The notes below the pieces were generated by a model. It had not been told where the DNA came from. It did no database searches and worked only from the letters and a program-made list of their open reading frames with translations. From Geosiphon pyriformis uo1 (taxonomy: Eukaryota > Fungi > Glomeromycota): 64,000 nt of DNA. Positions within the stretch are counted from its first letter, which is position 1; the number at the start of each line of letters is the position of its first letter. This document shows, one piece after another, positions 25,103 to 37,221 of the stretch. The translations under genes and the position numbers were made by a program. Location of the stretch: assembly GCA_016748015.1 (NCBI GenBank), contig JAAOMT010000561.1, positions 194,026 to 258,025 on the forward strand, given 5' to 3'.

Positions 25103-27586
25103 ATGTGTTTCACCAGCCAGGATGTTAACTATCTTATATATCGATACCTAGAAGAATCAGGTCTGGTAAAAATATTTTGACTTCATCACACGTCTTAATG
25201 GGATCAAACGGTTTCAGGAATTGCTCATGGCTCTGCACCTTGTTTTTTTTTTTATTTATTAAAAAAATTTCAGACTTCAAACACACGAAATTTAACCTTA
25301 AAAACGAATCCGCGCTTCGAATTGAAGATTATAATGCCGCAGACGTACCACCTGGAAGACTGATAAGTCTACTTCAAAAGGCCCTCCAATATATGGAGCT
25401 TGAAAAGCATGCTAATATTGAAGTAAGAAACATACAAGTGTAATAATATTTTTTTGTGGGGTTCCTACTCGACATTTTAATGAACCAATTTTTATAAAAA
25501 TAGGGAACACAAAATAAATGCTCTGCCCCATTTTCAATAGTTGGGCCTACTCATCAATGCGAAATTTCGCATCTACTAATCGAAGATAAACCAAAGAATT
25601 CAAAAAAGCACAAGCGTGATGAAAGCCCTCAGATTAGTAATAAAAAAGATAGAAGAGAAGAAAGACGAGGTCCAAAGGACCAGCAAAATCGAGAAAGCCG
25701 AGCAAAGGATACCGAGTTAGGTCAAGATCAATTCCAAATTAACAATGGCGATAATCTTGACATTGATAGAGTTCCCCTTGCGGAAATTCCATCCACTGCG
25801 GCTTCAGGTTTGTAAACTGAAATTATTCTAGAAATTAAAAATTAAGTAGGGAATATTTCCCGTATATAAAATAAACTGTCTGCTTTTATTTTTCCGTAAG
25901 GTAACGAATCTGGTTTAACACCAGCTCATCAAGTATCCGAGGATTTAACTGTGCTACGTGGACATGAAATGGAGGTTTACGCATGTGTCTGGAATCCGGT
26001 TAACAATCTTTTAGCCACTGGGTATACAGTCAAATTTTATTTACGATTTAATTTGAGGTTATTATAGTAATTAATTGGGTATTTTTTTCTTCATAATAAA
26101 CAGAAGTCGTGATTCGACTATAAGAATATGGAATACAGATCAATTAAAGGGTCCAGAGCACAAAAGATCCGTTGTATGTCGAATTGACACTAGGGAGACG
26201 GAAGTTCCCGTAACCTTTCTAGATTGGAATGTATGTTAAATTTATCAACATTATTCTCAAAGTCATGCATATATAACTTTTTTATTAAAACAAAAATTGG
26301 TAGCATCTAGGAACTCAACTTGCAGCAGGTTATTATGATGGTAGTGGCCGCGTTTGGACACAAAATGGTAGGTATATTTAATTCAATCTCATTTTTTTCA
26401 AATTTAATTTGGCTAATAAAAATTGATTTGTTTTCCTAGGCGAGTTATTATACGAAACGCAACTCCACACAGCTGCTGTATTAGCTTTTAAATGGGGTAA
26501 AAAAGAGAAATATCTTCTAAGTTGTAGTCTTGATGGTGGAGTCATTCTCTGGGATCCCCAACTTAACACAAAAAAAGTGTTCAACAATCATACAGGTAAT
26601 TTAAGGATTTTATGTTAGAGATCTTTTACAGTGAGATCTAATTTTTGCTTAATTTATTTTTTTAGTGGCAGTTATGGATGTTGCATGGAAAAATAAAACC
26701 ACATTTGCAACTTGCTCGAAAGATAGCAAGATTGTAATATGTGACATTGAAAAAGAACAACCAATTATGTGTTACGTTGGACATACAAACGAAGTCAATG
26801 CAATTAAATGGGAAAGCAATGGAAATTATTTGGCATCGTGCTCTGATGATTGCACGGCTAAGGTATCAATAATTTAGCCATTAAGAGAGCAATTTGATTA
26901 AATATGAGACTGGTAAATTCATTTTTTTTAACAAAAGATTTGGTCGGAGAAACCCAACGCCATCAAGACTTTTAGGCATGATGGTAAGGTTTTCTCGATA
27001 AAGTGGTGTCCCAACCCAAGAAGAAATACTCGTATTCTGGCCACGTAAGTAAAAAAAAACATATATTTAGTGAAAACCTGAAGTAGGTAATCAAAATATT
27101 GTAAATTTTGCATATAGAGTATCTTTTGACCTATCGGTAAGATTATGGGAAGTAAATTCTGGAACCTGCCAGCATCATTTTCGTTTCCAGGACACTGTTC
27201 ATTCTGTGGCATTTACACCTGACGGTACATATATTGCCACCGCTTGTTTTGATCATACTAGCAAAATATTCAGTGTTAAGGTATAGTTCCTAACTGAAAA
27301 AAATCTTGAGTCTCTGATTTTTTAATTATAATAAATTAATGCATCCTATTTATTGATAGACTGGTGCTTTGAAAAAAACTACCCATAATGGTGGGGCCTT
27401 ATTTGAGCTCGATTTAAAAACTGCCCAATCGACGGAACGCGAGCGCAAGTATAAGATGGCATCGGCAGTTTCAAATGGAACAGTAAGTGTTTTAAAAAAA
27501 TATTTTTAAATCTTAAAGATCGCAACCTCTTACTTTGCTTTATTTTTGATTTGCAATAGATCACCCTCCTCGACTTTCCTCAATAG
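25103..27586 (+). CDS. SIF2: LisH + WD40 repeat protein, TBL1/TBL1XR1/Sif2 family (Set3C/NCoR histone deacetylase complex subunit), multi-exon
   Basis: MCFTSQDVNYLIYRYLEES LisH, VPPGRLISLLQKALQY, LRGHEMEVYACVWNP, GHTNEVNAIKW...LASCSDDCTAK. About a dozen GT-AG introns. Last exon ITLLDFPQ*. Confidence 0.93.
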
Positions 27587-29363
27587 AAAAGCTAATTGAT
27601 ACAACACGCTTTCATCCAATCATTTAAAAAGATTACAGGCTGCCACTCTTACCCTTGGACTCGATAAGATTCAAAGATAGGTCCTTAATTTTTTCATTCT
27701 TTATTAAAAACTGCATCTCATGTTTATGATCAGACATTGATTTGGATTATTCTTAAATCTTTACCTGATTCCTGTATATTTTTGGGCAAGATAACAAAAA
27801 AGGTTTATTGTGTATATATGGGATCACTAAATATTTACTATCATCCGTCAAACTTATTATTTATCACGAAAGTGTTCCTGAAAGGTTAGGCTTTGCACTC
27901 TTGTTCAAATAATAGATTGCTTTATGGATTCATGGAGTTAAAAAATACTCACATACATGAATTTCGAGGCTTGGATACGTCGGGACAGAAAAACTGCAAA
28001 CCTTATTCTTAACAGTTAAGATTTCCGAGTGTTATCAAGCTTCGCATGCATCACAAAAAAAGGGTAGAGGGATTCTTAGTGTTTTATTATTTTCACAAGA
28101 AAAATCGACTATATCACATTACACAATGAGAACATTTCAAGTTTTGATTTTAATAATTTATAAATTAAATTAAATTAAAATTGTTTATAATGATAAATAT
28201 TTTTTGACAGTGTATTTTATTTGCTTGTTGAATATATTAAGAGTTTTAAACACAATGATCAATTTTATTCTTTATATTAAATTTTTAAATAAATTTTTTT
28301 TTTTTTAAGAAACTTGAAATATTGTATAATTAATAAATTATATCAATATTGGTTACAAATATTTAAATAAATAAAAATAAATTATGAATTACAAGACTAA
28401 ACCAATAAAAACAATAAAAAAAAGATTTATAATAATTTATAAAATAAATTGTATTTTGGTTTTTTTAATATGGTTATATTTATATTAATAATCATATTAT
28501 TTAATTTTGTATATTTTAATAATAATAAATTTTGGTAATAGAAAATATTGTAAAATTGTAACAACAACAACAACAACAATAATAATAATAAATATCTCTA
28601 AGTTAATAACTTTTTTCAAAATTTTTTATTGATTAACACTATTTTTGTTTGTAAAATGCAACAACAGAATAAAGTGTTGTAAAGTGTTGTATTATGTTAA
28701 AATTAAATAGCATTATGAAAATGACGCTTGGAAGATTCTCATTAGGGGATTGCTTGATAGAGCCTTGATTCTTTCCTGAGGGACATATAATAAATAATAG
28801 TCTTTATTTGGTATTACCTATTATTGATGTGTTACAATTCCATTCGAAGAAACGAATTTAAAAGATTATAAAAAGGAAAAATTTTAATAATCAATCAGCT
28901 TTTTTTTTCTCAAAATTTTTATACTCCAAATTTGGTGAGTTTAACAAAAAAAAAATAGATAGGTTGGGGGATAATTGAATCTTTTTGATGTGTAAAAAAA
29001 ATTTGGTTTTTTTTTGGATTTAAAAACAATACATATTATACATAGATATATACATACATTAAAAAGATACATAAATAGATACATAAATAGATACATACAT
29101 AGGATACATACATTAAATAGATACGAATATTGGGATACGATTATAGTAGTACAATATATTTTTTTTTCGGGGAAATTAGCCTAAAAAAAAAATATAACGT
29201 GAATGTTAATGGTAAATGCCATTGTACATTATTACCAAAAAAAATTCTATAAAATAAACCTGGGAAAAAGATCATTTTCTCTTTATCTCTCAAAGAGAGC
29301 AAACAAATTTAATAAACAAAAAAAGATCTAAAAGTATTTTGATCATTTTTTCGAAAGATTCCC

Positions 29364-30104
29364 ATGTTAATTTTAAGAAAAATGGCAGAAAAAAGATTTT
29401 CAATCTTCAAGAAAAACTTTTCATCATGCCAAATAATTAGTTTAAACTCGATGGAAGTACTTCAAGATATTCAATTCTGGCCAACAAATGAAGAGAAAAC
29501 CAAACCACCACCACCACTACCACCACCACCACCACCACCATCATCATCATCATTATCATCATCATCATTATCATCATCATCAAGTCCTATTAAAAAATAT
29601 TTCCGATTATCAAAACAATTTCTTGAAAAATGTAACAACACATTTTCAAATCGTAGACATACCTATCCATCGATAAATTTTTTCGATCCAACCCATCGTC
29701 GTCCTGAAACAGAAGAACATGTTTCATTTTACTCTGCTCCACATCTAATTAATTCTTCTTATTCAATCAGAATAAATATTCGCATCTGGTGGGCAGCAAC
29801 CATCTCGTTCAACATTACACTTTCCCGTGATTCTACATTTGAAGAATTTACGAGATTAATATCAGATTATATTGGATATAAGATGCCAAAAGATTTGAAG
29901 GTTCTTTATAACGCATCATTAATGACAAGTTCAGACCGAGAAGAATTGTTTAATAATGGGAATCCAGAATTTGTGAAATTTTTAACATCACAATACAAGT
30001 TAAGACCAATTTCAAGTGAGGAAGATTGGACTAGTTTTATGAAATGGTTTAAAGATGAGATTGAAGTAACTCTATTTGCAGAATCAAAATTAGTGTACTT
30101 TTAA
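29364..30104 (+). CDS. Uncharacterised protein, paralogue A (Pro/Ser-rich + conserved C-terminal beta-grasp/PB1-like domain)
   Basis: Intact 246-aa ORF with CpGs retained. C-terminal ~110 aa aligns with paralogues B-D. Confidence 0.85.
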   Translation: MLILRKMAEKRFSIFKKNFSSCQIISLNSMEVLQDIQFWPTNEEKTKPPPPLPPPPPPPSSSSLSSSSLSSSSSPIKKYFRLSKQFLEKCNNTFSNRRHTYPSINFFDPTHRRPETEEHVSFYSAPHLINSSYSIRINIRIWWAATISFNITLSRDSTFEEFTRLISDYIGYKMPKDLKVLYNASLMTSSDREELFNNGNPEFVKFLTSQYKLRPISSEEDWTSFMKWFKDEIEVTLFAESKLVYF

Positions 30105-30253
30105 ATAATATTTTTCTCTTTTAATAATTAATTAATTAATTAATTTATCATTAATGATACTAGTATAATTGTATAAAAAAAATAATTAACTTTTTATTGT
30201 CATATATACATACATACATATATATAATATCAAAAGTATTTATAAAATTTTAT

Positions 30254-30255
<2 letters not shown>

Positions 30256-30314
<59 letters not shown>
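30256..30314. repeat. (AAT)n microsatellite
   Basis: Perfect AAT run. Confidence 0.95.
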
Positions 30315-30316
<2 letters not shown>

Positions 30317-30786
30317 GAATGTGTTAAGAAATTTTAACTTAATATAATTGTCAATATTTATTCATATAACACAAATAAACCATAAAGCTATATAAATTGG
30401 AAAAAGAAAACAGATAATAAAAAGATAAATAAATATATATATCAGTAATTTCACATTTTTTTTAAGTATTTTAAATATAAGATAATGTTAAAAGTATCCG
30501 AAAATTCGTTAAACTTTTTCTTCTAAATCCTTATAATATTGTAATTCAAACCAGTTTTTAGATGAAAAGCATAAATACTAAACAAAATTTATTTTAAAAG
30601 AGAAGCTTTAAAATTTGAACAAAATTTTTTTGTTCATTTATTCTGCTAAAGAATTGAAAGTTATGAAATTTTTTGAAAATATCAATCAAAATATCAAGGA
30701 TCATAATTTATAATCTTATTTTATATTTTTTATATAAAACCTTACCCATACCATACCATACCATATCATACCTCATCTTACATAAT

Positions 30787-30840
30787 TAACTAAATAACTA
30801 AATAACTAAATAACTAAATAACTAAATAACTAAATAACTA
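30787..30840. repeat. (TAAATAAC)n 8-bp tandem repeat
   Basis: About 6 perfect units, preceded by a short (ACCAT)n run. Confidence 0.9.
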
Positions 30841-31168
30841 ACCAAATAATCATCAAATTAAAACTTTTACCGTTCATTCATTACCAAATGATTACATGGA
30901 ATTCTTTATTTCTAAATTCTTAAGAAACTTTATCGTTAAACATGTGAAATAAACATCGTAAGAATCATAAAAAAGAATCGGTTGAATCGGTTAAACCAGT
31001 TACACACGTATTAAAAGACTGTTTAGAAAAAAATTCGTCGTCGTCGTCGTCGTCGTAATCAAAATAAAAAACTGTATGCAGTATAAATTAAAATTTTAAT
31101 AAATTTTATGTGGGATGCCTTTTTTAATTTTAAAAAAAAAATATATCGAAATTAATTATTCATTATAA

Positions 31169-31258
<90 letters not shown>
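31169..31258. repeat. (AAT)n microsatellite, ~30 units
   Basis: Perfect AAT run. Confidence 0.95.
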
Positions 31259-32733
31259 TAATGTTCCCCAATTTATAAAACAATAAAAAGAACTAACCAT
31301 GAGAAAACTTTTATTTTTTTTGATGGCTTTGTAGCCTCTTTTTGGTTAACACCAATATATATATATATATATGTATATTTTTTCAAGTTTGTTGGCCATT
31401 TTAAAGATTATCACCTTTGCGAATCTTTATTTAATCATGCTGATGTAATATGATATCCCTTCTATTGTTCATGATAAAATATCAAGATCAACAAAAAACC
31501 AAAATTTTTTCTTTAATCCCCTCCCTCACTTTAAAATTAAAAGACAACTCATTTTTAAAAAATTCCGATTCGTCATCATGCCATCAAATCATTGGCAATA
31601 AATAAATAGGGATTCAAGAATAATTAGACCATTGTAAAAAAAAAATTTGATACTGATAATTGAGAATTTATTAATTTAAAAAAGCATGCAGTCAATTAAT
31701 ACATTTCGTATTTCTTTTGAATTATCAGCTTTTAGACAGATTTGTCGAACAATACAAATTCTTTTTTCGAACGATCAACATTAATTCCATAATAATAATA
31801 ATAATAATAATAATAATAGGGGACTCTGGATATTAGTAATTTTTTAATTAGGTTCTGGGATCATTCAATATCAAAACAGATTTTGGATTGATTTTAAATC
31901 AATCTGGCATTACAAATTTTTTTTGTAAAACTCTATGCTCAAACAACTTTTTAGAAACTTTTCTCGAAAGGTTTTCAAAAAATAGAAAATTATTCAATGT
32001 TAGACACCATGTCTTTACTGCCTTTTAATCTAAACTGAACAAAAGATTTAATATGTTCGCGGACTTGAAAACTTTTGTATTTCCCCCATTTGGAAAAAGA
32101 ACATGTCATTCATAGAAAACTCTATTTTTGTTCGCAATAATGCAGTCAAAAAGGGAGGAGGAAGAGAGATGCGAAAAAAAGGTCAAACAAAAACTCAATG
32201 CAGCCAAATGTTTGAATATGAATGTTCTAAACTTTTCGAAAGTTACCTCGCATAAAGATAAAGCTTTTGAACAATAATCCATTAATGATTGACTCCTCTC
32301 CCATCAAGTGGTTTCATTGTTTAAAACATCACTAATCTTATTTTGTCAATAGTCCCAGCGCAATACTTTTCTCAATTATTGTAACCAGAATCAGAGTTTC
32401 TGCTTTCCGCATACTCTAAAAGCTTGGATGCATCCGAAATTCATACAATGAGAACCCCTTCTTTGTTTGATTGCATTGGAACTTTTGATTAATCGAACCT
32501 AAATTTTGGTCGACTTTTTCGATTTTATTGTTTTTGAACAGAGGCAAAATATCATTCAAAAAAGATGATAAAAAAGCGTGGTGGATGGTGACGATAGAGT
32601 CTTCCAAATTGAAAAAAAACATGACCGTACAAATTGAGTAGAAAATAAAATTCCAAAGACAACGATTCATTCCTTAAATTGACAAATCGAATTAATTAAA
32701 AAAAATTTTTTTTTCCTAAAACATTGTACAAAA

Positions 32734-33756
32734 ATGCTTCGCCAATTCTCGGTATTTGACAAAAAATTCAAATTTGATGAAGAATTTGAAAACGTTTATT
32801 CCAGCTCATATAAATCCACCACCACATCAGACCCAAGACCTGAAAAACTTACCGGAGCTCAATTCTGGCCCGTTTCCTCACCAATCACTTCACCAACATC
32901 TGCAGATGGGCCAACTTCATGTCTTTCACCAAATGATGAATATCAGAAACAATCAAGCCCTGTTCAAAAGATTTTTGGCAAAATCATCAAAAGGCTTAAT
33001 CAAAATGATTTATTAAAACGTCGTGGTTCAAATTGTAGTCAGATAAGTGTTGAGAGTGTTGAGTCGGTAGAGTCAATGCAAAGTTCCAATTCTTCAGAAG
33101 GGGTATTCAACACTGATTATTTGTCACAAACATCAAAGTCACAACCACCACCATTATCATCACCACCATCACCATCACCATCACAGCCTCCACGATTGGA
33201 AGGAAAGAAAAAAAAAGCCTCAAAGAACAAGCGAGTGATTAAAAAACTCCCACCAAAAATTATAACCATGAATCTCGGTAATCACAGTATACTTCTCGAA
33301 GATATTCAGCATCCACCACCAAATTTAATAGCACGTTCGAAACATCACAGTTTCTCATATCCCCCTCATCTACTTCAACATCCTTACTTATCACCAGACG
33401 AAAAAACAATGTTTCCTGTCACTCTTGTAAATTTTTCTATTTACCTTTACTGGGCTTGGCCACATGCTATCCAACTTTCACTTCCTCGTACCACTTCTTT
33501 GTCACAATTTAAAAATGCGGTTTCACGTGAACTTGAATATCTGCTACCAGCTGACTCGGTGGTTTTGTGTCACACAAAAAAATCTCATGGAGAAAGAATG
33601 AACAACACATTAAAAGGGAGCATGTTGCTGCAGTATTTGATTTCGAACCATAAAATTCGGATGGTAGATTCGGATGCGGTTTGGGGTATTTGTATGCTTC
33701 TTTGGCCAAAAGATGTGGAGGTCACCATTATTTCAAGATCAATGATAGGGTATTGA
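32734..33756 (+). CDS. Uncharacterised protein, paralogue B
   Basis: Intact 340-aa ORF. QFWP motif shared with A, LKRRGS motif, same C-terminal domain. Confidence 0.88.
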   Translation: MLRQFSVFDKKFKFDEEFENVYSSSYKSTTTSDPRPEKLTGAQFWPVSSPITSPTSADGPTSCLSPNDEYQKQSSPVQKIFGKIIKRLNQNDLLKRRGSNCSQISVESVESVESMQSSNSSEGVFNTDYLSQTSKSQPPPLSSPPSPSPSQPPRLEGKKKKASKNKRVIKKLPPKIITMNLGNHSILLEDIQHPPPNLIARSKHHSFSYPPHLLQHPYLSPDEKTMFPVTLVNFSIYLYWAWPHAIQLSLPRTTSLSQFKNAVSRELEYLLPADSVVLCHTKKSHGERMNNTLKGSMLLQYLISNHKIRMVDSDAVWGICMLLWPKDVEVTIISRSMIGY

Positions 33757-34297
33757 TCTTACGATTGCAATAAAACCATTTTGATAATGGTATCAGTGTG
33801 CTGAATGTACATTTTATTATAATACAAATGAGAATTGTAAATACCATCAATTTCATATATAAAAATATTAATAATTTAATTTTTGACATTAATTTTTAAG
33901 CATATTTAGTATTATAAATTTTTAAACATATAATAGTACATAAATCATTAGCATTTTTAAGTATTAGCATACTTTATTAATAAACTCAACATTTAATTAA
34001 TGGTTATAGGTATAATTCATTTTCAATTATCAGGGTTCAAAAAGTGAAAAATCAAAAATTTTGATATATATAAAAACTGTTCGTATAATGTGTACATTTT
34101 TTTGCAATATAATTGATAGATGATAAAAACATTTTATATTTTTCGTTACACTTTTCTCAAAATAAAAAAGGGTAAAAAATAAGGATTTGGAACAAAAATA
34201 ATAAAACTTATTTTAATTTCAAATTCCAAATATATAAATATATTTTTTTTTAGAAAATATATTCTTGTATTAAAAAAATGGATTATATATATATATA

Positions 34298-35512
34298 CAG
34301 TGTGGGACAAAAAAAATTGGACACAAAAAACTAATTATTGTGCTTTAATTAATGGACCAAATTTTACAAAAAATATATCATTAGAAAGATAAAAAGCACA
34401 TTATTTTATTAAAAAAAATTAATAGAATATTAATATGATATTCTTTCCCCCTTATTCGCAATCACCATCTCACAACGCCGTTTCATTGATCCTACTAACC
34501 CGATAAGGGTAGATCCGGAAATCATCCGCCACTCTTCTTCTTGACAATAGCCAATAGGGTTCAAGTCGGGTGAGTTGGCAGGCCAGTCAAGAACATTATT
34601 AATATTGGCAGCTATAAAGGCTTGGGAAACTTTGCTTTTGTGTTTCGGATCGTTGTCTTGCTGGAACCGCCACCTACGCCCAAGCATTCCTCTAATTTCA
34701 GGCAGGTGAGTACGAAGAATTTCTATGTAAAAATGACTATCCATTATTCCAGTAAAACAAAATAAACTTGTCTTTCCTCCTTTATAGAAACCACCCCAAG
34801 CAAAGACTTTTGTTCGATCTTTTGGAATGGCACGGGTGGGCCGTAAACCTCTATACCAACGCTCTAGTGTGTTCCGGAATAAACAAAAGGCCGTTTCATC
34901 TGTAAAAACAGTTCGGTCCCAATTGTCATTCAAGTGTTGGTAAGCCCATTCCAAATGCCTCTCTTTATGTTTATCAGTAAGCATTGGGATGGCCCGAGGA
35001 AGGTCTTTTTTGTAACCAAGAAATGCTAAATGCCTGCCAATTGTTCTATAGGATACCTCTACATTTATTTTTGACAACTTTGTTGTCAAAGTTCTCGTTG
35101 AAATTGAGGAATCCCGTTTGATGTACGATTGTAATACTCGCGAAGCAACCCCTTTAATCTTTCTTGGCCGACCATTTCCACCTGCATGCTCCACCACCCC
35201 GGTTTTTTAAGAATATTGTAAATAGTAGAACGTGGTATATTTGTTCGCTTCTGTATTTCCGCTGCAATTCGTATTCCTTGGTTCCAAAAATACAATACTG
35301 TTTGTCGTTGCATTTCTTGCTTGGATGTTGCCATTTTCGCGCGAGAATTAAAAAAAAATTAATAAAATGCACAAAAAAAATATATAAGCCAATAGCCACT
35401 TACCTTCGCATTCATTTCCAACTAACCTCGCCACAATCTAACCAAAATTGGTTAAACTAGATCAAATCTTGTAAGATGCATTTTTTTGTCCAATTTTTTT
35501 TGTCCCAGACTG
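34298..35512 (-). mobile_element. Tc1/mariner DNA transposon copy B, 1215 bp, young but internally deleted
   Basis: TIRs cagtgtgggacaaaaaaaattggaca / tgtccaattttttttgtcccagactg within (TA)n. Transposase motifs VFTDE, FQQDNDPKH, WPANSPDLNPI. Confidence 0.96.
34430..35334 (-). pseudogene. Tc1-family transposase, frameshifted and lacking the third catalytic residue
   Basis: Split into ORFs 35086-35334 and 34430-35197. SPDLNPI is followed by G rather than the ENL present in copy A. Confidence 0.88.
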
Positions 35513-35633
35513 TATATATATACTTATGTCTGTGAATTATGGGTTTTTTAATAATAGTAATAATAATGATAAATAGTTAAAAATAAAAACAAAAAAGAAA
35601 TAATAATAATAATAATAATAATACTAAATATTA

Positions 35634-35675
<42 letters not shown>

Positions 35676-36207
35676 TTTTATCAAAAAAATCCAAATTCAA
35701 AATTTCATCTTTCTCAATCTAAAAGAGCGTCCCCTTCAAAAACGCAAATATTTAAATAAGACTATTGCTCATTTTCAAATTGTTTTTATTGTTTCTTTAT
35801 TTAATAAGAACTACAATCTAAATACATATAAAAACATTTGTTATCTAATCCACCATTTATATTAATATACAAATAACAAAGTTTAAAAAATTCAAAGAGA
35901 AAAAGATATTTACTGTACTTTGAGATAAATAAATTCAAACCACATTAGTATAAAAAGATAAAACAAATTATTTAAAAAAGGTTTCTGAAAATAAATATTT
36001 AATTGAGAGGGAACATGAAAATTTGTGATCTCTCGAATAGAAGAGCTTCAGATATATATGAACCAAATATTTAGGGTATATTTACAAAAAGGAGCAACTC
36101 TTCACACATTATTAATACTTTCGAGATCCAATTTATCTCGTCAAAAGAATTTGGTTCTATGTACACGCCGCCTCCAAATCAACTACTGTACATTATCAAT
36201 CGTTTGG

Positions 36208-37221
36208 TTATAGCCGGGATCTTGAAAAAACGGTAACAATAACGGATTCATTCCACCATAACAATGAAGCTCTCCAACAATCATCAATGGCAACACGTGT
36301 CAATTTCTCTTCGGTAACCAAATAATCGACAAAAGCTCCATTTGGTTCAGAGAGCAAAAGTTGAGTTTCTAATTTTGACAAACGACTAGAATGTTTTAAT
36401 GCGACAACATCAGAGGGAATTTGGTCACCGATCGCCTCAGAAATTGTAGACTTAAATTCACGGAAAGATGTATCTCTTGGGATTGTAATGGTAAGTGAAA
36501 TCGAAGAGGACCAGTGAATATTAACATGAATTTGAATAAAAGATGAGAGAGTGATTGTTGAAGAAGAATTCGATTGCAATGGGGAAGGTAGGTTAACATT
36601 CGAAAAGAGAGCTGATTGTGGTATTCTAGGAGAATAGACGGTCGAATTGTCACTGGAATACGAGGAAGATGAAGAACTAGACCATTTAAACCGTTTCGTA
36701 TTTCGACGAAGAAATTCAGCCGCTAATGAGGTCTGTCTTCGTGATGATGATGATGATGATGAATTTAACTTGGGTATCGAGGCTATACTATCGGTGGTTG
36801 ACGTTGAAACTCGGCGCTTCAAAAAATTTTTTGCACCAACTTTAGAGAAAACTTTGCTTAATAATTTCAACTTTTGCTTATCAGTCGTCGGTTGTTCTTC
36901 AATAACTATTTGATCTTCTAGTTCGTATGGAAAAAATTTTTCTTGGTATTCTTCCCAGGAACAAGGATGTGATAAGTCAGTTGGGGATTCACATATTACC
37001 GGAAGACAGGTGAAAGAGGAATTTTTTCGAGTTTCTTTATGAAAAGTGTATTGCCTTTTAAAAGTTGACAAATAAAGGGAAGTCATTTGAAATGAAATTT
37101 CAAGGTTTTCTAGTAAAAAGTAGGATGAGAAAAGTTTTTCGTTTAGTGTAATATAGATTTTCTCATGAAAATATTCCTTCAAGGAGTGATTGATCCTTGA
37201 TGAAAATACGTTTTGATTCAA
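36208..37221 (-). CDS. Uncharacterised protein, paralogue C (true start probably the internal Met, MTSLYLSTFKRQ, ~37086)
   Basis: Intact ORF, Ser-rich, FLKRRVS motif, same C-terminal domain. Confidence 0.85.
   Translation of the reverse strand: MNQNVFSSRINHSLKEYFHEKIYITLNEKLFSSYFLLENLEISFQMTSLYLSTFKRQYTFHKETRKNSSFTCLPVICESPTDLSHPCSWEEYQEKFFPYELEDQIVIEEQPTTDKQKLKLLSKVFSKVGAKNFLKRRVSTSTTDSIASIPKLNSSSSSSSRRQTSLAAEFLRRNTKRFKWSSSSSSSYSSDNSTVYSPRIPQSALFSNVNLPSPLQSNSSSTITLSSFIQIHVNIHWSSSISLTITIPRDTSFREFKSTISEAIGDQIPSDVVALKHSSRLSKLETQLLLSEPNGAFVDYLVTEEKLTRVAIDDCWRASLLWWNESVIVTVFSRSRL

Noticed and set aside
29488-29676. Poly-His 62-aa ORF
   Set aside because: Alternate frame of the (CCA)n/(TCA)n tract encoding poly-Pro/Ser in paralogue A.
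35164-35460. Similar ORFs at 35164-35460 (+) and 13284-13568 (-) looking like a conserved small gene
   Set aside because: Antisense frames of the same Tc1 5' region; the similarity simply reflects element homology.
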